From the NCBI GenBank assembly GCA_963695345.1, contig OY968769.1, forward strand, positions 224,001 to 288,000: a stretch of 64,000 nt of DNA, written 5' to 3'. Below, piece by piece: positions 1 to 10,230 of the stretch. The notes beneath the pieces were generated by a model, which ran no database searches, was not told the origin of the DNA, and worked only from the letters and a program-made list of their open reading frames with translations. Positions within the stretch are counted from its first letter, which is position 1. The number at the start of each line of letters is the position of its first letter. The DNA is from an uncultured Methanomassiliicoccales archaeon. Lineage in GTDB: Archaea; Thermoplasmatota; Thermoplasmata; Methanomassiliicoccales; UBA472. Position numbers and translations under genes: made by a program.

Positions 1-838
1 GAAGGTCCTGGTACCACTGGACCGCAACCCATTCGTGCTCGCCACCGGCTCGTCCGAGACGGAACTGCTGGGCGACGTGCGCCACGATCCGTACGGCGGA
101 CATCCGCAGCTGGGAACGCAGCCCTACGAGCGGGTGGTCCCGGGAGCCATACATGAGGCGCATGAGGGCGTCCTGTTCCTGGACGAGCTGCCGCATCTCG
201 GCCATATGCAGCGGTTCATCCTCACCGCCATGCAGGAGAAGCGCTTCCCCATCAGCGGCCGCAACCCGCAGAGCGCCGGTGCGAGCGTCAAGGTGGACGA
301 CGTTCCCTGCGACTTCATCTTCGTCGGGGCATGCAACATCCAGGACCTGGAGCAGGTGCTTTCCCCTCTCCGTTCCAGGATCAACCGGCAACGGTTACGA
401 GGTCCTGGTCAACACCACCATGGAGGACAATGACCAGAACCGAGCCAGCCTGGCCCAGTTCATCGCCCAGGAGATAACCGTCGATGGACGTATCCCGCCG
501 GCGACACGCGCCGCCGTCGAGGGCATCATCAAGGAGGCCAGGCAGCGCGGGCAAACGCATTGACAACCAGAACAACGCCCTGACGCTGCGCCTGAGGGAG
601 CTGGGCGGACTGCTGCGGGCCGCCGGGAGACATAGCCGTGGTCAACGGAGATGCGATGATCGATATCAAGCACATCGACCAGGCGATAAAGCGCTCCCGT
701 TCCGCCGAGGACCAGATCAAGGACCGGTACGGCTCCTACACCAAGGGACTGGGCACCGACATCTCGTCGGCGCAGAAGGAAAAGTCCCCCTATTATTTCC
801 AGAACGAGACCGCGGACAAGGATACGATGTTCCATTGA
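1..838 (+). CDS. Lon-family (LonB-like) AAA+ ATPase, C-terminal part; no protease domain follows; frameshifted
   Basis: LLGDVRHDPYGG, PGAIHEAHEGVLFLDE, VPCDFIFVGACN and LTLRLRELGGL motifs of archaeal LonB ATPases, spread over ORFs 35-433, 153-563, 484-870 and 638-838; 5' end lies outside the window. Confidence 0.8.
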
Positions 839-874
839 TCCGACGATTTTTCCATCCCGATCGAAAGTGAATGA

Positions 875-1313
875 TCACAAATGGAGCTTCAGGGTGTATC
901 CATCCTCTCCGTTCGAGTAATAGTTCGGGATACGGCCGGTCATCATGAATCCCAGGCGCTGGTAGAACCTTATTCCGGACAGGTTGCTGGCCCGAACTTC
1001 GAGCGAGTTATCAGAACTGCACTCCTCGGTTGGCGCCTTCCATTAGAAACCGGTTGAGAAGCATGGTGCCGATGCCCTGGTTCCGGTACTCCTTCTTTAC
1101 CGCCAGCATCAGGATCCTGGACTCAACCTCTGAGGACATGATGCCGAACAGGAAACCTACGATCCGGCCCATGTCCTCGACCACCAGAAAGCCGTTGGGC
1201 CAATAGTACGAAAGTTCGGTGAAGAGAGTCGGGTTGTACCGTTCCTTCAGATTGTTCGAGGCCAGATCGTAGACGGCCCAGAGGTCGGAAGGTCTGAAGT
1301 ACCTTATCAGCAC
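875..1313 (-). CDS. rimI: RimI/Ard1-like GNAT N-acetyltransferase (frameshift near 1010)
   Basis: ILMLAVKKEYRNQGIGTMLL acetyl-CoA motif; continues in another frame as LEVRASNLSGIRFYQRLGF...NYYSNGEDG to TGA at 875-877. Confidence 0.85.
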
Positions 1314-1327
1314 GCCAGTCGATTGCG

Positions 1328-3333
1328 CTAACGCCTATTCTTTCTTTTCCAGAGCAGCCAAATACCAAGAGCCAGTCCAGCGCCGCCGGCCGGCACCGCG
1401 ATCAATGGGTTCATTTCATCGACGGGGGCCGCGGGATTGACTATGACCAGCATTCTCCCGACGGAGCTGTTGTTGAAGCGGTCGGTAACATTCAATGTGA
1501 TCTCGTGGATGCCCAATCCCAGAAAGGCTCAACACGTAGGAGCCGTTCCACGTCTCCCCGGTCAGGGCGGTCGATCCACTGGTAAGAGGATATGCCAGCA
1601 TTGTCGTCGCACCTGGTGGCATCCAGGACCACCGGTTGGCCTTCGACCATGGTCAGATTGTTCCACGGGAGCGAGATGGATGGGCGGGTCGGGATCGACC
1701 GCCCAGTCACGCCAGAAGAAGTCGGCGAAGTATCGAGATACTGACGGGGACGATACGATCAGCCCGACCTCCCGGTTCTGGAATACCGAGGCATCGGCCC
1801 AGTTGATGCTGGAGACCAGCACGCTGTCGTCGGCGATGACACCTTTATTGTGCATCACCCCCAGTTCGTGATAGTCGGACATGAGCCTCGCCTCCAGGTC
1901 CAACCCGCGCTCCTGGGCCAGAGCGTTCAGCGCGTCCACCGTCATAAGGTTATTGCGGGTATCGGAGGTACCCACGAACGTCTGGTCCAGCAGCACCCGC
2001 ACCTGGACCCCCCTGGCGGCTGCGCCCACCAGTTCGTCCATTATCTGGCTGTTTCTCCACCCAGGCCGGGTCTATGTAGAGCTGTTCCACCAGCAGCCTC
2101 TTGGTGGCGGAGGAGATGCAGATCGATGAGGGCCTTGCATGGATGTGTCCGGAGAGACTATCAGGGAGACGTCGGCGACCATCGGCGCAACGGCATTTCC
2201 TCCAAGCGGGGGGACATCGATGTTCGGCAGGAGGGGAATACCAGTCCTTGATGGCCGTCGATGCTTCCTTCACATCTCTCCGCTCCAAGGATGAATCCTG
2301 CAGGAACATGTCAATGACATCACCGGCCAATCCCTCTGAGACCACCGTAACCCCCCAACCGCGGTTCGATACCAGACCGCCAGCCCAGTTCTCCGACATC
2401 ACTGTGACCCGCTCCCCGTCGGTGACCAGATATTTCGCATGCAGACAGTCGTATCTCCGATAGCTCTGGTTGGAGGTGATCATCCGGACATCGCATCCAC
2501 TTGACACCAGCGTGGATATGGCGGTCTTCGACGCGTTTGAAAGGCCGGTGACCGGCTGACCCTCGATCAGGATGGTAACCTCAACTCCTCTCGCCGCGGC
2601 ATCGGAGAAAATCTTGGTTATCACCGGATTGCCCATCTCGTAGACGCAGGCGGAAACGCTTTCATGCGCATATCCGATCTCCCTGATCATCCGGTCCAGT
2701 GCCTCCTCGGGACAGGTGAATGGGTCAACCGACGCTTCATAGGTGGTCACTTCTAGTTCGGACCTTCCCGCGCAGGAACGGGACCAGTCAGACGACGGTA
2801 TCGGTATCCGGGAGGGTGAGGTCACGGACGGCCATGTCCCCCTTGGGCAGCGGGATGAATGGCGACCCGGTCCATCCGGCGGATGGAGTAACCGAACCAT
2901 AGCTGAATGAGTCCCGGACCACTCCCTCTGGATCTGCCAGGTCGACCTGGTCCCCCTTATCCGCCAGGGCCAAACTTCCGTGAAATGTTACCCGCCCTTC
3001 TCGATAGCCTAACGCCGATTCGTCCGGATAATAGGTGATGAACGAGGCCGGGTCGGGACTGAGGCTCAGCCTATCTCCTGGCCTAAGCGGTATCGAAGCG
3101 TTGATCCTGACCCATCCCTCCCCGTCGCCAATGGTCCAACCGGACAGGTCGACGGTATGGTTCGAGACGTTCTGGACCGTGGTGAATTCCAAGGGCGTCG
3201 ACGGAGCTACCCGGAAAAGGAGGAGAGAAGGGGCCGTTGCCCCGCCAATATCGGTTCCATCCACATATGGAAGGCCGGGAATCAGCAGGAGGAATAGGGC
3301 AAGGACGGTGACCGGACAGGTCCATCGACGCAT
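1328..3333 (-). CDS. Secreted, membrane-anchored phospholipase D-family protein (lamin-tail-like N-term, two HKD motifs, PKD-like domain, C-terminal TM); several frameshifts
   Basis: Signal peptide; VDLSGWTIGD (LTD-like); HAKYLVTD and HNKGVIAD HKD motifs; C-terminal TM followed by KRKNRR; reconstructed from ORFs 2788-3333, 1950-2900, 1562-2041, 1492-1710 and 1328-1516. Confidence 0.8.
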
Positions 3334-3404
3334 GCTTGGAACATGCTGCCCGCCGGTCCATACATGAATGTGCTACCCTGAACCTAAGAGAAATATCCGG
3401 TCGA

Positions 3405-4082
3405 TCAAATGCCGCTTACCAGGTCCGATAGGGCCTTTCGAACGTCCGCCGCCTTAACGACCCCGGATGCCAGCAGGACGCCTCTCGCCCCCAGGTCGAT
3501 CGCCGCCTTGACATCCTTGCCGGTCTTGACCCCGGCGCCGCACAGGACGGGGATGTCAGCGTCGACGCGGTGGACAGCATTGACGGCGTCCGAGACCACC
3601 TCAGGCCTTGCCGAGGTGACCGATATGTCCCCGCCAATCAGTTCAGGCGGTTCGACCGCGATGAAATCTGGTTTGAAAAACGCTACCGCTCCGGAGGTTT
3701 CGGCCGAATCGGCGCAGACGACCGAGAGAAGACCGTTTGCCCGGCATGCTGCCACCGAGTTCTTCAGGTCGGTTATTTCCAGCCGGTGCTCGGAATGGTT
3801 CAGCAAGGTACCGGCAGCGCCTGCCGAGGCTACCATCTCCGGCGTTATCCAACCCGTGTTGGAGCCGGGCTTTCTCGCGTCGACATGCTGCGCCAGTACC
3901 GGGATGTATACCGCCGCGGCGACCCTGGACAGTTCGACTGCCGGGGGACAGACCGCGACGCTGACCCCGGAATCCTCGGCAACCTTCTGGCAGGCCAGAG
4001 CGATGGAGACGGCTTTTTCGCCCTCCACCTCTCGGTACACCTTGAAGTTGACGATGATGGCCGGGGTCGCGAGCTTACTCAA
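3405..4082 (-). CDS. tpiA: Triosephosphate isomerase, archaeal type
   Basis: IIVNFKVY, LLNHSEH, AVEPPELIG, GAGVKTG and LLASGVVKA motifs; 225 aa. Confidence 0.97.
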   Translation of the reverse strand: MSKLATPAIIVNFKVYREVEGEKAVSIALACQKVAEDSGVSVAVCPPAVELSRVAAAVYIPVLAQHVDARKPGSNTGWITPEMVASAGAAGTLLNHSEHRLEITDLKNSVAACRANGLLSVVCADSAETSGAVAFFKPDFIAVEPPELIGGDISVTSARPEVVSDAVNAVHRVDADIPVLCGAGVKTGKDVKAAIDLGARGVLLASGVVKAADVRKALSDLVSGI

Positions 4083-5218
4083 TGTCTTCCATCCTTTCCT
4101 TCAGCTTGCTGAGGACGGCCGGGCGGGTGGTGTATTCCATCTCTTCCGGTCCCAGGATGCCGGGCATGAACGGCCCCTGCTGCCTCAGATAGATGCTGGC
4201 CTTGATGGCCTTCTGGCGGGCGGTGTCCCAGCAGCTGCCGGCAGAAGAAGTCCACCGGCTCGTGGAATCCGATGGGGCTGCCTGGGTCCTCCAGGCCCTG
4301 GATCTTGCCGTGGCTTATCTGGAAGCCGAGCGCGCAGATGCGTGGCGGCCCGTCGAAGTAGACCGGGTCCGAGTCCGCGACCGAGCAGGGATACCAGGCG
4401 CCGATGTGCGATCCCCTCATCCAGCCCGCCACCATGTACGGGTGCATGTACGGCTGGAGGACCTCTCCGACCGCCGGGAATCCGGACTGGCATCTGACGA
4501 CGCAGACCGGGTCGTCCTTGCCGACGTACTTGCCGGCGCATAGGTTCAGCTTCTCGGTGCTTACTACCGCCGAGACACCCATGTCCTTGTTCTTGCTGAA
4601 GATCCTCTTGATGGCGTATCTGGATGTGTCGCCCAGCAGGCTGAGGATATCATAAGACTCCTCCGGTGCTGACATCATGATCTTCTTGGAGTCCAGGACA
4701 TCCTGGATCTCGAACTTGAAGCCCTCGTGCGCCTTGGGATCGATGACCAGCCCGGTCGTGGTGAACGGGTCCATGAAGGTCCTGGTCAATGGCATCGAAT
4801 ATGCCGATGGCTCGGTCTTGTCGGCCATGAAGAATACGACCGGTTCCGATCCGCGTTCCACGAACTCCATCTCCGCGGCACCCGGGCCCATTCCCCTGAT
4901 GTTGCCGCTGAACGCGTCCTTCAATATGTCCTGACCTGCGGCGTACATCTTCATCTCCTTGGCCAGCTTGGCAGCCTTTTGGAAAGCCTCCCAAGCCAGT
5001 CCGTGCACGTCGCTATGGTTCTCTCCCTTGTTGTGGGTCATGAACAGGTTAATGTCATCCCCAACTCGAGTGACGTAGAAGTCGTTGATCGTTCCTGCCC
5101 GGACGCCGTCCTTCAGAACGTCCCCGCAGACCGACATCATTTTCGGGTGGGGCTTCGAGTGCCCGCATACCGATCCGACATCCGCTTTTATCACTGAAAC
5201 AGTCACTTTGTCCGTCAT
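4075..5218 (-). CDS. fbp: Fructose-1,6-bisphosphate aldolase/phosphatase (class V); frameshift near 4245
   Basis: SVIKADVGS, YAAGQDIL, GKYVGKDDP and VAGWMRGSH; correct C-terminus QQGPFMPGILGPEEMEYTT is in the shifted frame ending TAA at 4075-4077. Confidence 0.95.
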
Positions 5219-5390
5219 GTGATTCCCATACCTAGATTGAGTTTGTGAAATGCAGTGACCCTATTTAAAAATTGACGCAAGGTTTGAGTTGCTGGAAGGA
5301 CGATGGGGATGAATATTGGCCGCGATCGGCCCAACGATAGAAAGAGAGTCCGGGGAAAGGAATAACCCACCGTGCCCCATTACCCCGGAC

Positions 5391-6392
5391 ATGGACCTGG
5401 TCAAGCCGAAACGATTGAAGCCGGGGGGAACCGTCCGCCTGGTGGCCCCATCCCTGTCTGCCAGCATTGTCGATCCGCGAGCATGGGACATCGGGATCCA
5501 AAGGCTGGAGTCGAAAGGGCTGAAGGTCCAGGTGGCCAAACATGCGATGGGATCGCGCGGCCATGCATCGGGTACGATAATGGAGCGGGCCAGTGATGTC
5601 ATGGACGCCTTCCGCGACCCAGATGTCGACCTGGTGATGTCGGTGATCGGCGGATTCAATTCGAACCAGCTCCTTCCCTCCCTGGACTATAAGGTAATCC
5701 GGGAAAGCAGGAAACCTTTCATCGGTTACAGTGACGTCACCGCCTTGAACAACGCCATCTTGGCCAAGGCCGGGCTGCTCAACTTCTATGGCCCCGCCTT
5801 CGTCACCTTTTGTCAGCCTGAGATGTCAGAGTACGCCGAGAGATCGTTCGATCAGATGCTCATGGAAGGATCGGGAAACGCACCGGTCGAAGCCTCCGGG
5901 AACTGGGCCGAGGACCGGTGGTTCCTGAAGGATGCCCTGGGGCCGAGGGAGTGGAAGAAGAACCCGGGATGGGAGGTGCTTCGGGAAGGCCACGCCAAGG
6001 GACGGGCGGTCGGAGGCAACCTGAGCACGCTCATGCTCCTCGCGGGCACGGAATACTGGCCGGACATGAATGGAGCCATCCTTTTCCTGGAGGATGATGA
6101 GGCGGCGACGCCTCAGATCTTCGACCGGGACATGACGCACCTGAAACAGATGGGGGTCTTCGACAAGCTCTACGGACTGGTGATCGGTCGCTCACCCTCC
6201 GAGGCCGGGTTCGACCAAAGCGACTCAATGGCGATGATAATCGATGACCTTCTGGGAGAGTGCGACATGCCAGTGGTGGCAGGCGCTGACATCGGTCATA
6301 CCGACCCCATGTTCACCGTCCCGCTGGGGGCAAGATGCGAGCTGTCCACGGACCGCAAGAAATTGAACTTCGTCGAGAGGGCGGTAGAATGA
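5391..6392 (+). CDS. mccF: Peptidase S66, MccF-like (microcin C resistance / LD-carboxypeptidase family)
   Basis: IGGFNSNQLL, GYSD (Ser), GGNL, LFLED (Glu) and DIGHTDP (His); Trp-rich insert WAEDRWF...NPGW resembles the MccF lid. Confidence 0.85.
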   Translation: MDLVKPKRLKPGGTVRLVAPSLSASIVDPRAWDIGIQRLESKGLKVQVAKHAMGSRGHASGTIMERASDVMDAFRDPDVDLVMSVIGGFNSNQLLPSLDYKVIRESRKPFIGYSDVTALNNAILAKAGLLNFYGPAFVTFCQPEMSEYAERSFDQMLMEGSGNAPVEASGNWAEDRWFLKDALGPREWKKNPGWEVLREGHAKGRAVGGNLSTLMLLAGTEYWPDMNGAILFLEDDEAATPQIFDRDMTHLKQMGVFDKLYGLVIGRSPSEAGFDQSDSMAMIIDDLLGECDMPVVAGADIGHTDPMFTVPLGARCELSTDRKKLNFVERAVE

Positions 6393-6423
6393 CCGGACCA
6401 CCGACGAAGCGAACGCTCGGGTT

Positions 6424-6645
6424 TCACTCGATGATTATGGCGGTCACCGGGCAGGCATCGGCCGCCTTCTGCGCGCATTCCTTCTTGTCCGCCGGAATCT
6501 CGCCGGAATGTACTCCTCCCTTCTGGTAGGGCGGTTTGACCTCGGAGACCCCGTCCGACCCTTCCATGAACACATCTGGACATTCGTCATTGTAGCATAG
6601 TCCGCAGCCGGTGCACTCATTCTCGTCAACGATGACCTTGGGCAT
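6424..6645 (-). CDS. Small single-cluster ferredoxin
   Basis: CTGCGLC...CPDVF...AADACPVTAI; 73 aa. Confidence 0.93.
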   Translation of the reverse strand: MPKVIVDENECTGCGLCYNDECPDVFMEGSDGVSEVKPPYQKGGVHSGEIPADKKECAQKAADACPVTAIIIE

Positions 6646-6736
6646 GGGTGATGTTATGAGAGATATCGGACCTTATTGTTTTCGGTCCTGAGCTCCTCCG
6701 ATCCCTACTAAAAGGAAAGATTTGGGCGGCGCCGAA

Positions 6737-6958
6737 CTATTTTACCGCTATGGCCGACACTGGGCAGTCCTCTTCGGCCTTCTGAGCGCAGACCATCAGG
6801 CTGTCCTCGATCTCGCCATCATAGGACGATTCCTTCCTGAAATCTGCCTTCAATTGGGAACTTCCGTCCTCCCCTTCCTCGAATACATTGGGGCAGTTGT
6901 CGTTGAAGCAAAGGCCGCAGGAAATGCAGGTTCCGTGGTTGATGGTTACTTTTGGCAT
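6737..6958 (-). CDS. Small single-cluster ferredoxin (paralog of the neighbour)
   Basis: MPKVTINHGTCISCGLC...CPNVF...AEEDCPVSAI; start set at MPKV by similarity to the adjacent copy. Confidence 0.9.
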   Translation of the reverse strand: MPKVTINHGTCISCGLCFNDNCPNVFEEGEDGSSQLKADFRKESSYDGEIEDSLMVCAQKAEEDCPVSAIAVK

Positions 6959-7128
6959 TGACGAGGCCATGTAGAGCTCATGGTTTATTACTTTTCGCCA
7001 TTGACCTTTGTTAACAATAACAACCGAAAAAAATGAGCTGGATACCTGATCAGCGGCGGAAAAGCATGCCAACACTATTAATAAATCCCTTCCATATTCC
7101 GACCTGGGTGCGTGCCACGGAACCGATC

Positions 7129-8436
7129 ATGCCTACAAAGAACTCGAAGAACATCAGCAATGATGACCATGACAAAGAGGTCGTCGTCGAGGGATGGGTC
7201 CAGGAAGTAAGGAACCTCGGAGGTATCTCATTCCTCATACTGAGGGACAGGTACGGAATCGTCCAGATCACCGCACCGAAGAAGAAGATCACCCCCGAAC
7301 TGATGGAAAAACTGTCCTCGGTGCCGCGCGAATCGGTCGTAAGGATCGCCGGCCTGGTCAAGCAGAGCGCCCAGGCCAAGGCAGGATTCGAGATCATCCC
7401 ATCCGAGATGGAGATACTGAGCACCTCCCAATCGCCGCTCCCCATGGGAGTGGTCGACAAGGTCAGCGTGGAGGCCGAGACCCGTTTCGATAACCGTTTC
7501 ATGGACCTGAGAAAGCCGGAGGCCAGGGCGGTCTTCGAGATCAAATCGTTGACCCTCCGCCTGATAGATGAGTTCCTGGAGAAGGAGAATTTCGTCGAGA
7601 CGTTCACCCCTAAGATCGTGGCGTCCGGGGCGGAAGGCGGGGCCACGCTGTTCGAGATCAACTACTTCGGAAAGAAGGCCTACCTGGCGCAATCACCCCA
7701 GCTTTACAAGCAGATGCTCATGTCGACCGGACTGGACCGGGTCTTCGAGATCGGTCAGGCCTTCCGGGCGGAACCTTCCGATACCGTAAGGCACGTGTCG
7801 GAGTTCATATCGTTCGACGCCGAGATGGCCCACATCGCCTCCCAGCGGGACGTGATGGCCATGCTCGAGGCGTGCACGCAGTACGTCATCAAGGGCGTCA
7901 TCGAGCGGGGCAAGGAGCAGTTGGAGAAGCTCAACACCGCAGTCGTCCTGCCCAAGGCGCCGTACCCCATGATCACCTATGCCGACGCCATCGACATGGT
8001 GAACGGCGGCGGATTCAAGATAGACCACGGAGAGGACCTGGGCACGGAGGGGGAAAAGGTGCTCGGCGATATCATGATGGAAAAGGGCTACGAGATGTAC
8101 TGGATATACGAGTATCCGGAAGAGGCAAAGCCCTTCTACATCATGGAAAAGGAAGGAACGCCCTACTCCTACTCGTTCGACCTGGACTACAAGGGCCAGG
8201 AGATGGCCTCGGGCGGCCAGAGGGAGCACCGGTACGACAAGTTGACGGCCCGCATGGAGAAGAAGGGGCTGAACCCGGAGGCGTTCGATTTCTATCGGAA
8301 CTCGTTCGCCTATGGCATGCCGCCCCACGGAGGGTGGGGCTTCGGGGTGGAACGCTTCGTGGTCAAGATGCTGAACCAGCAGAATATCCGTGAGGCGATC
8401 CTGTTCCCCCGCGACCGCAACCGGCTGGTACCTTAG
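7129..8436 (+). CDS. aspS: Aspartyl-tRNA synthetase, archaeal (probably discriminating)
   Basis: EGWVQEVRNLGG, LAQSPQLYKQ, FRAE, SGGQREH, YGMPPHGGWGFG and LFPRDRNRLVP motifs. Confidence 0.97.
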   Translation: MPTKNSKNISNDDHDKEVVVEGWVQEVRNLGGISFLILRDRYGIVQITAPKKKITPELMEKLSSVPRESVVRIAGLVKQSAQAKAGFEIIPSEMEILSTSQSPLPMGVVDKVSVEAETRFDNRFMDLRKPEARAVFEIKSLTLRLIDEFLEKENFVETFTPKIVASGAEGGATLFEINYFGKKAYLAQSPQLYKQMLMSTGLDRVFEIGQAFRAEPSDTVRHVSEFISFDAEMAHIASQRDVMAMLEACTQYVIKGVIERGKEQLEKLNTAVVLPKAPYPMITYADAIDMVNGGGFKIDHGEDLGTEGEKVLGDIMMEKGYEMYWIYEYPEEAKPFYIMEKEGTPYSYSFDLDYKGQEMASGGQREHRYDKLTARMEKKGLNPEAFDFYRNSFAYGMPPHGGWGFGVERFVVKMLNQQNIREAILFPRDRNRLVP

Positions 8437-8448
8437 ACTGGGTGAAGA

Positions 8449-9663
8449 ATGGAAATGGGGAAGTGCTTCCTGAAACGCATCGCCCGGATGACTCCGATGC
8501 AGAAGGGAGCGGTACTGCTCATTATCGGGCTCATGCTGTACGGCTCGCTCATAGTGCTGGACGAGATGGTGCTCAGGCCGAACTTTCCCGGCGTACCGGT
8601 GAACAACGACATCGACTACTACCGGAACCGGACCATAGCGATATTGCACGGGGAGATACCGTACAAGGACTTCTCCATGGAATCGCCGCCGATCATCGAC
8701 TACATGATGGTCCCGGCGCAGCTGGTGGGCGGTGAATCATACCAGTATGCTTTATATTTCTCGTTGTTCAGCATATTCACCGGGATATCGTTCTACGCGT
8801 TCCTGCGCCGTTACGATGACCAGGCCGCTTTCATCGCCGGGCTGGCGTTCATCCTGATGCCTTTCGCGTTCATAGAATCGACCTTTGGCGTTCAGGACGA
8901 GGCGATATCCACTCTGATCTTCCTGTTGCCGCTGTTCATCTTCGTGCTCGGCCGGTTCAAGACCGCCGCCTTCGTCGATACCGTGGGCATATGGACCAAG
9001 TTCTTCAACGGGGTCATCTACCTAGTGCTCCTGATAAAGGCGCCCACCAGGAAGGACGCCCTGCAGATGTTCGGGATCACCGCGCTGATCACCTCCGCGG
9101 TGGCGGTACCGTTCCTGATCATAGCCCCGGACAAGTTCCTCAGCTTCCCGGCCTACTATTTCCTGCAGGACAAGAACGCCCAGACCGGAGGGATGAGCAT
9201 GTGGCACTTCTGGGACCTGGGCGGGTTCACCCTGCCTGGAACGATCGGCGTCATCATGACCTTCGTGGCGGTTCTGGTAGCGAGCTACTATATCTACCGG
9301 AAGCGGGACAGCACCACCTTCTGGGAGGGGTGCGTCATAGTGCTGCTGGCGTTCTTCTTCTTCTACCCCAAGATACACCTTGGCTACTACCTCATGATCG
9401 TCGCGCTGCTGCTGATGTGGGGGGCGTCCAACAAGAAGATCCTGGTCAGGTGCTTCCTGTCCTATGTCCCGCTATTCCTGGCAGTCCTGTTCGCTGAACA
9501 TGGTTCCAGTAGGCCGACCCTTGATTTCCCCGGCTCCTGGTTCATCGGTTTCCTGCTGGTGCTTGCGGGCAACTTGCTCCTCCTCGATACGTTCATAAAA
9601 GCGAGGAAGGAGCGGGTGTTCTTTGAGAGGTCGGAACCAGTTAGCCCAATTGAAGACAAATAA
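8449..9663 (+). CDS. Polytopic membrane protein, GT-C fold glycosyltransferase-like (GT87/PimE-like)
   Basis: NDIDYY...GEIPYKDFSMESPP loop, about 11 hydrophobic segments, GVQDE and WTKFF motifs. Confidence 0.65.
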   Translation: MEMGKCFLKRIARMTPMQKGAVLLIIGLMLYGSLIVLDEMVLRPNFPGVPVNNDIDYYRNRTIAILHGEIPYKDFSMESPPIIDYMMVPAQLVGGESYQYALYFSLFSIFTGISFYAFLRRYDDQAAFIAGLAFILMPFAFIESTFGVQDEAISTLIFLLPLFIFVLGRFKTAAFVDTVGIWTKFFNGVIYLVLLIKAPTRKDALQMFGITALITSAVAVPFLIIAPDKFLSFPAYYFLQDKNAQTGGMSMWHFWDLGGFTLPGTIGVIMTFVAVLVASYYIYRKRDSTTFWEGCVIVLLAFFFFYPKIHLGYYLMIVALLLMWGASNKKILVRCFLSYVPLFLAVLFAEHGSSRPTLDFPGSWFIGFLLVLAGNLLLLDTFIKARKERVFFERSEPVSPIEDK

Positions 9664-9702
9664 TTATTATCTAGGGAATACATTTCCCATCTGGGATGGG
9701 AT

Positions 9703-10230
9703 GTGGAATCGCACGAAGGGATAGTTGAAGATTTTTCTGACTATGAACCTAGTCCGATCGATGAACATCTGGTCGAGCTACACACAGTCGATGACCTCGA
9801 CGTTGTGGAGTTCTTTGTCGGCGGCGAACCGGTGCCGCAAGGTTCGACGAAATCATTCTACATCAAGAAGCTGAACCGGGTCGTCACCACGCACGGCAAC
9901 AAGAACACCAACCGTTGGAGGGAACGCATCGCCCACGAGGCGCAGTGCACCGACGAGGCCCGTAAATGCACGTTCTTCTCGGATGACCGGCGGAAGGGCT
10001 ACGACGTTCAATTGAGCTTTGTCTTCACTAAGCCGAAAAGCACCCCGAAGAAGTACACGCTCAACACCAAGCGCCCGGACCTGGACAAGCTCATAAGGGC
10101 AGTGCTCGATGGCATCACCGACGTCCTGATCCCGGACGATGCATTGGTGGTATCGATAACCGCCAGCAAATGCTACGGCGATGGGAATCAGCCGCCTGGA
10201 TTGAGGATAAAGGTCACCCGGCTGAAGTAA
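9703..10230 (+). CDS. rusA: RusA-family Holliday junction resolvase with acidic N-terminal extension
   Basis: FFVGGEPVPQGS N-terminal motif; KRPDLDKLIRAVLDGI...IPDDALVVSITASKCY catalytic Asp motif. Confidence 0.9.
   Translation: MESHEGIVEDFSDYEPSPIDEHLVELHTVDDLDVVEFFVGGEPVPQGSTKSFYIKKLNRVVTTHGNKNTNRWRERIAHEAQCTDEARKCTFFSDDRRKGYDVQLSFVFTKPKSTPKKYTLNTKRPDLDKLIRAVLDGITDVLIPDDALVVSITASKCYGDGNQPPGLRIKVTRLK

Noticed and set aside
3409-4497. Long antisense or alternative-frame ORFs (also 7693-8649, 20534-21691, 58650-59543)
   Set aside because: They are shadows of well-identified genes in GC-rich DNA and contain no recognisable motifs.
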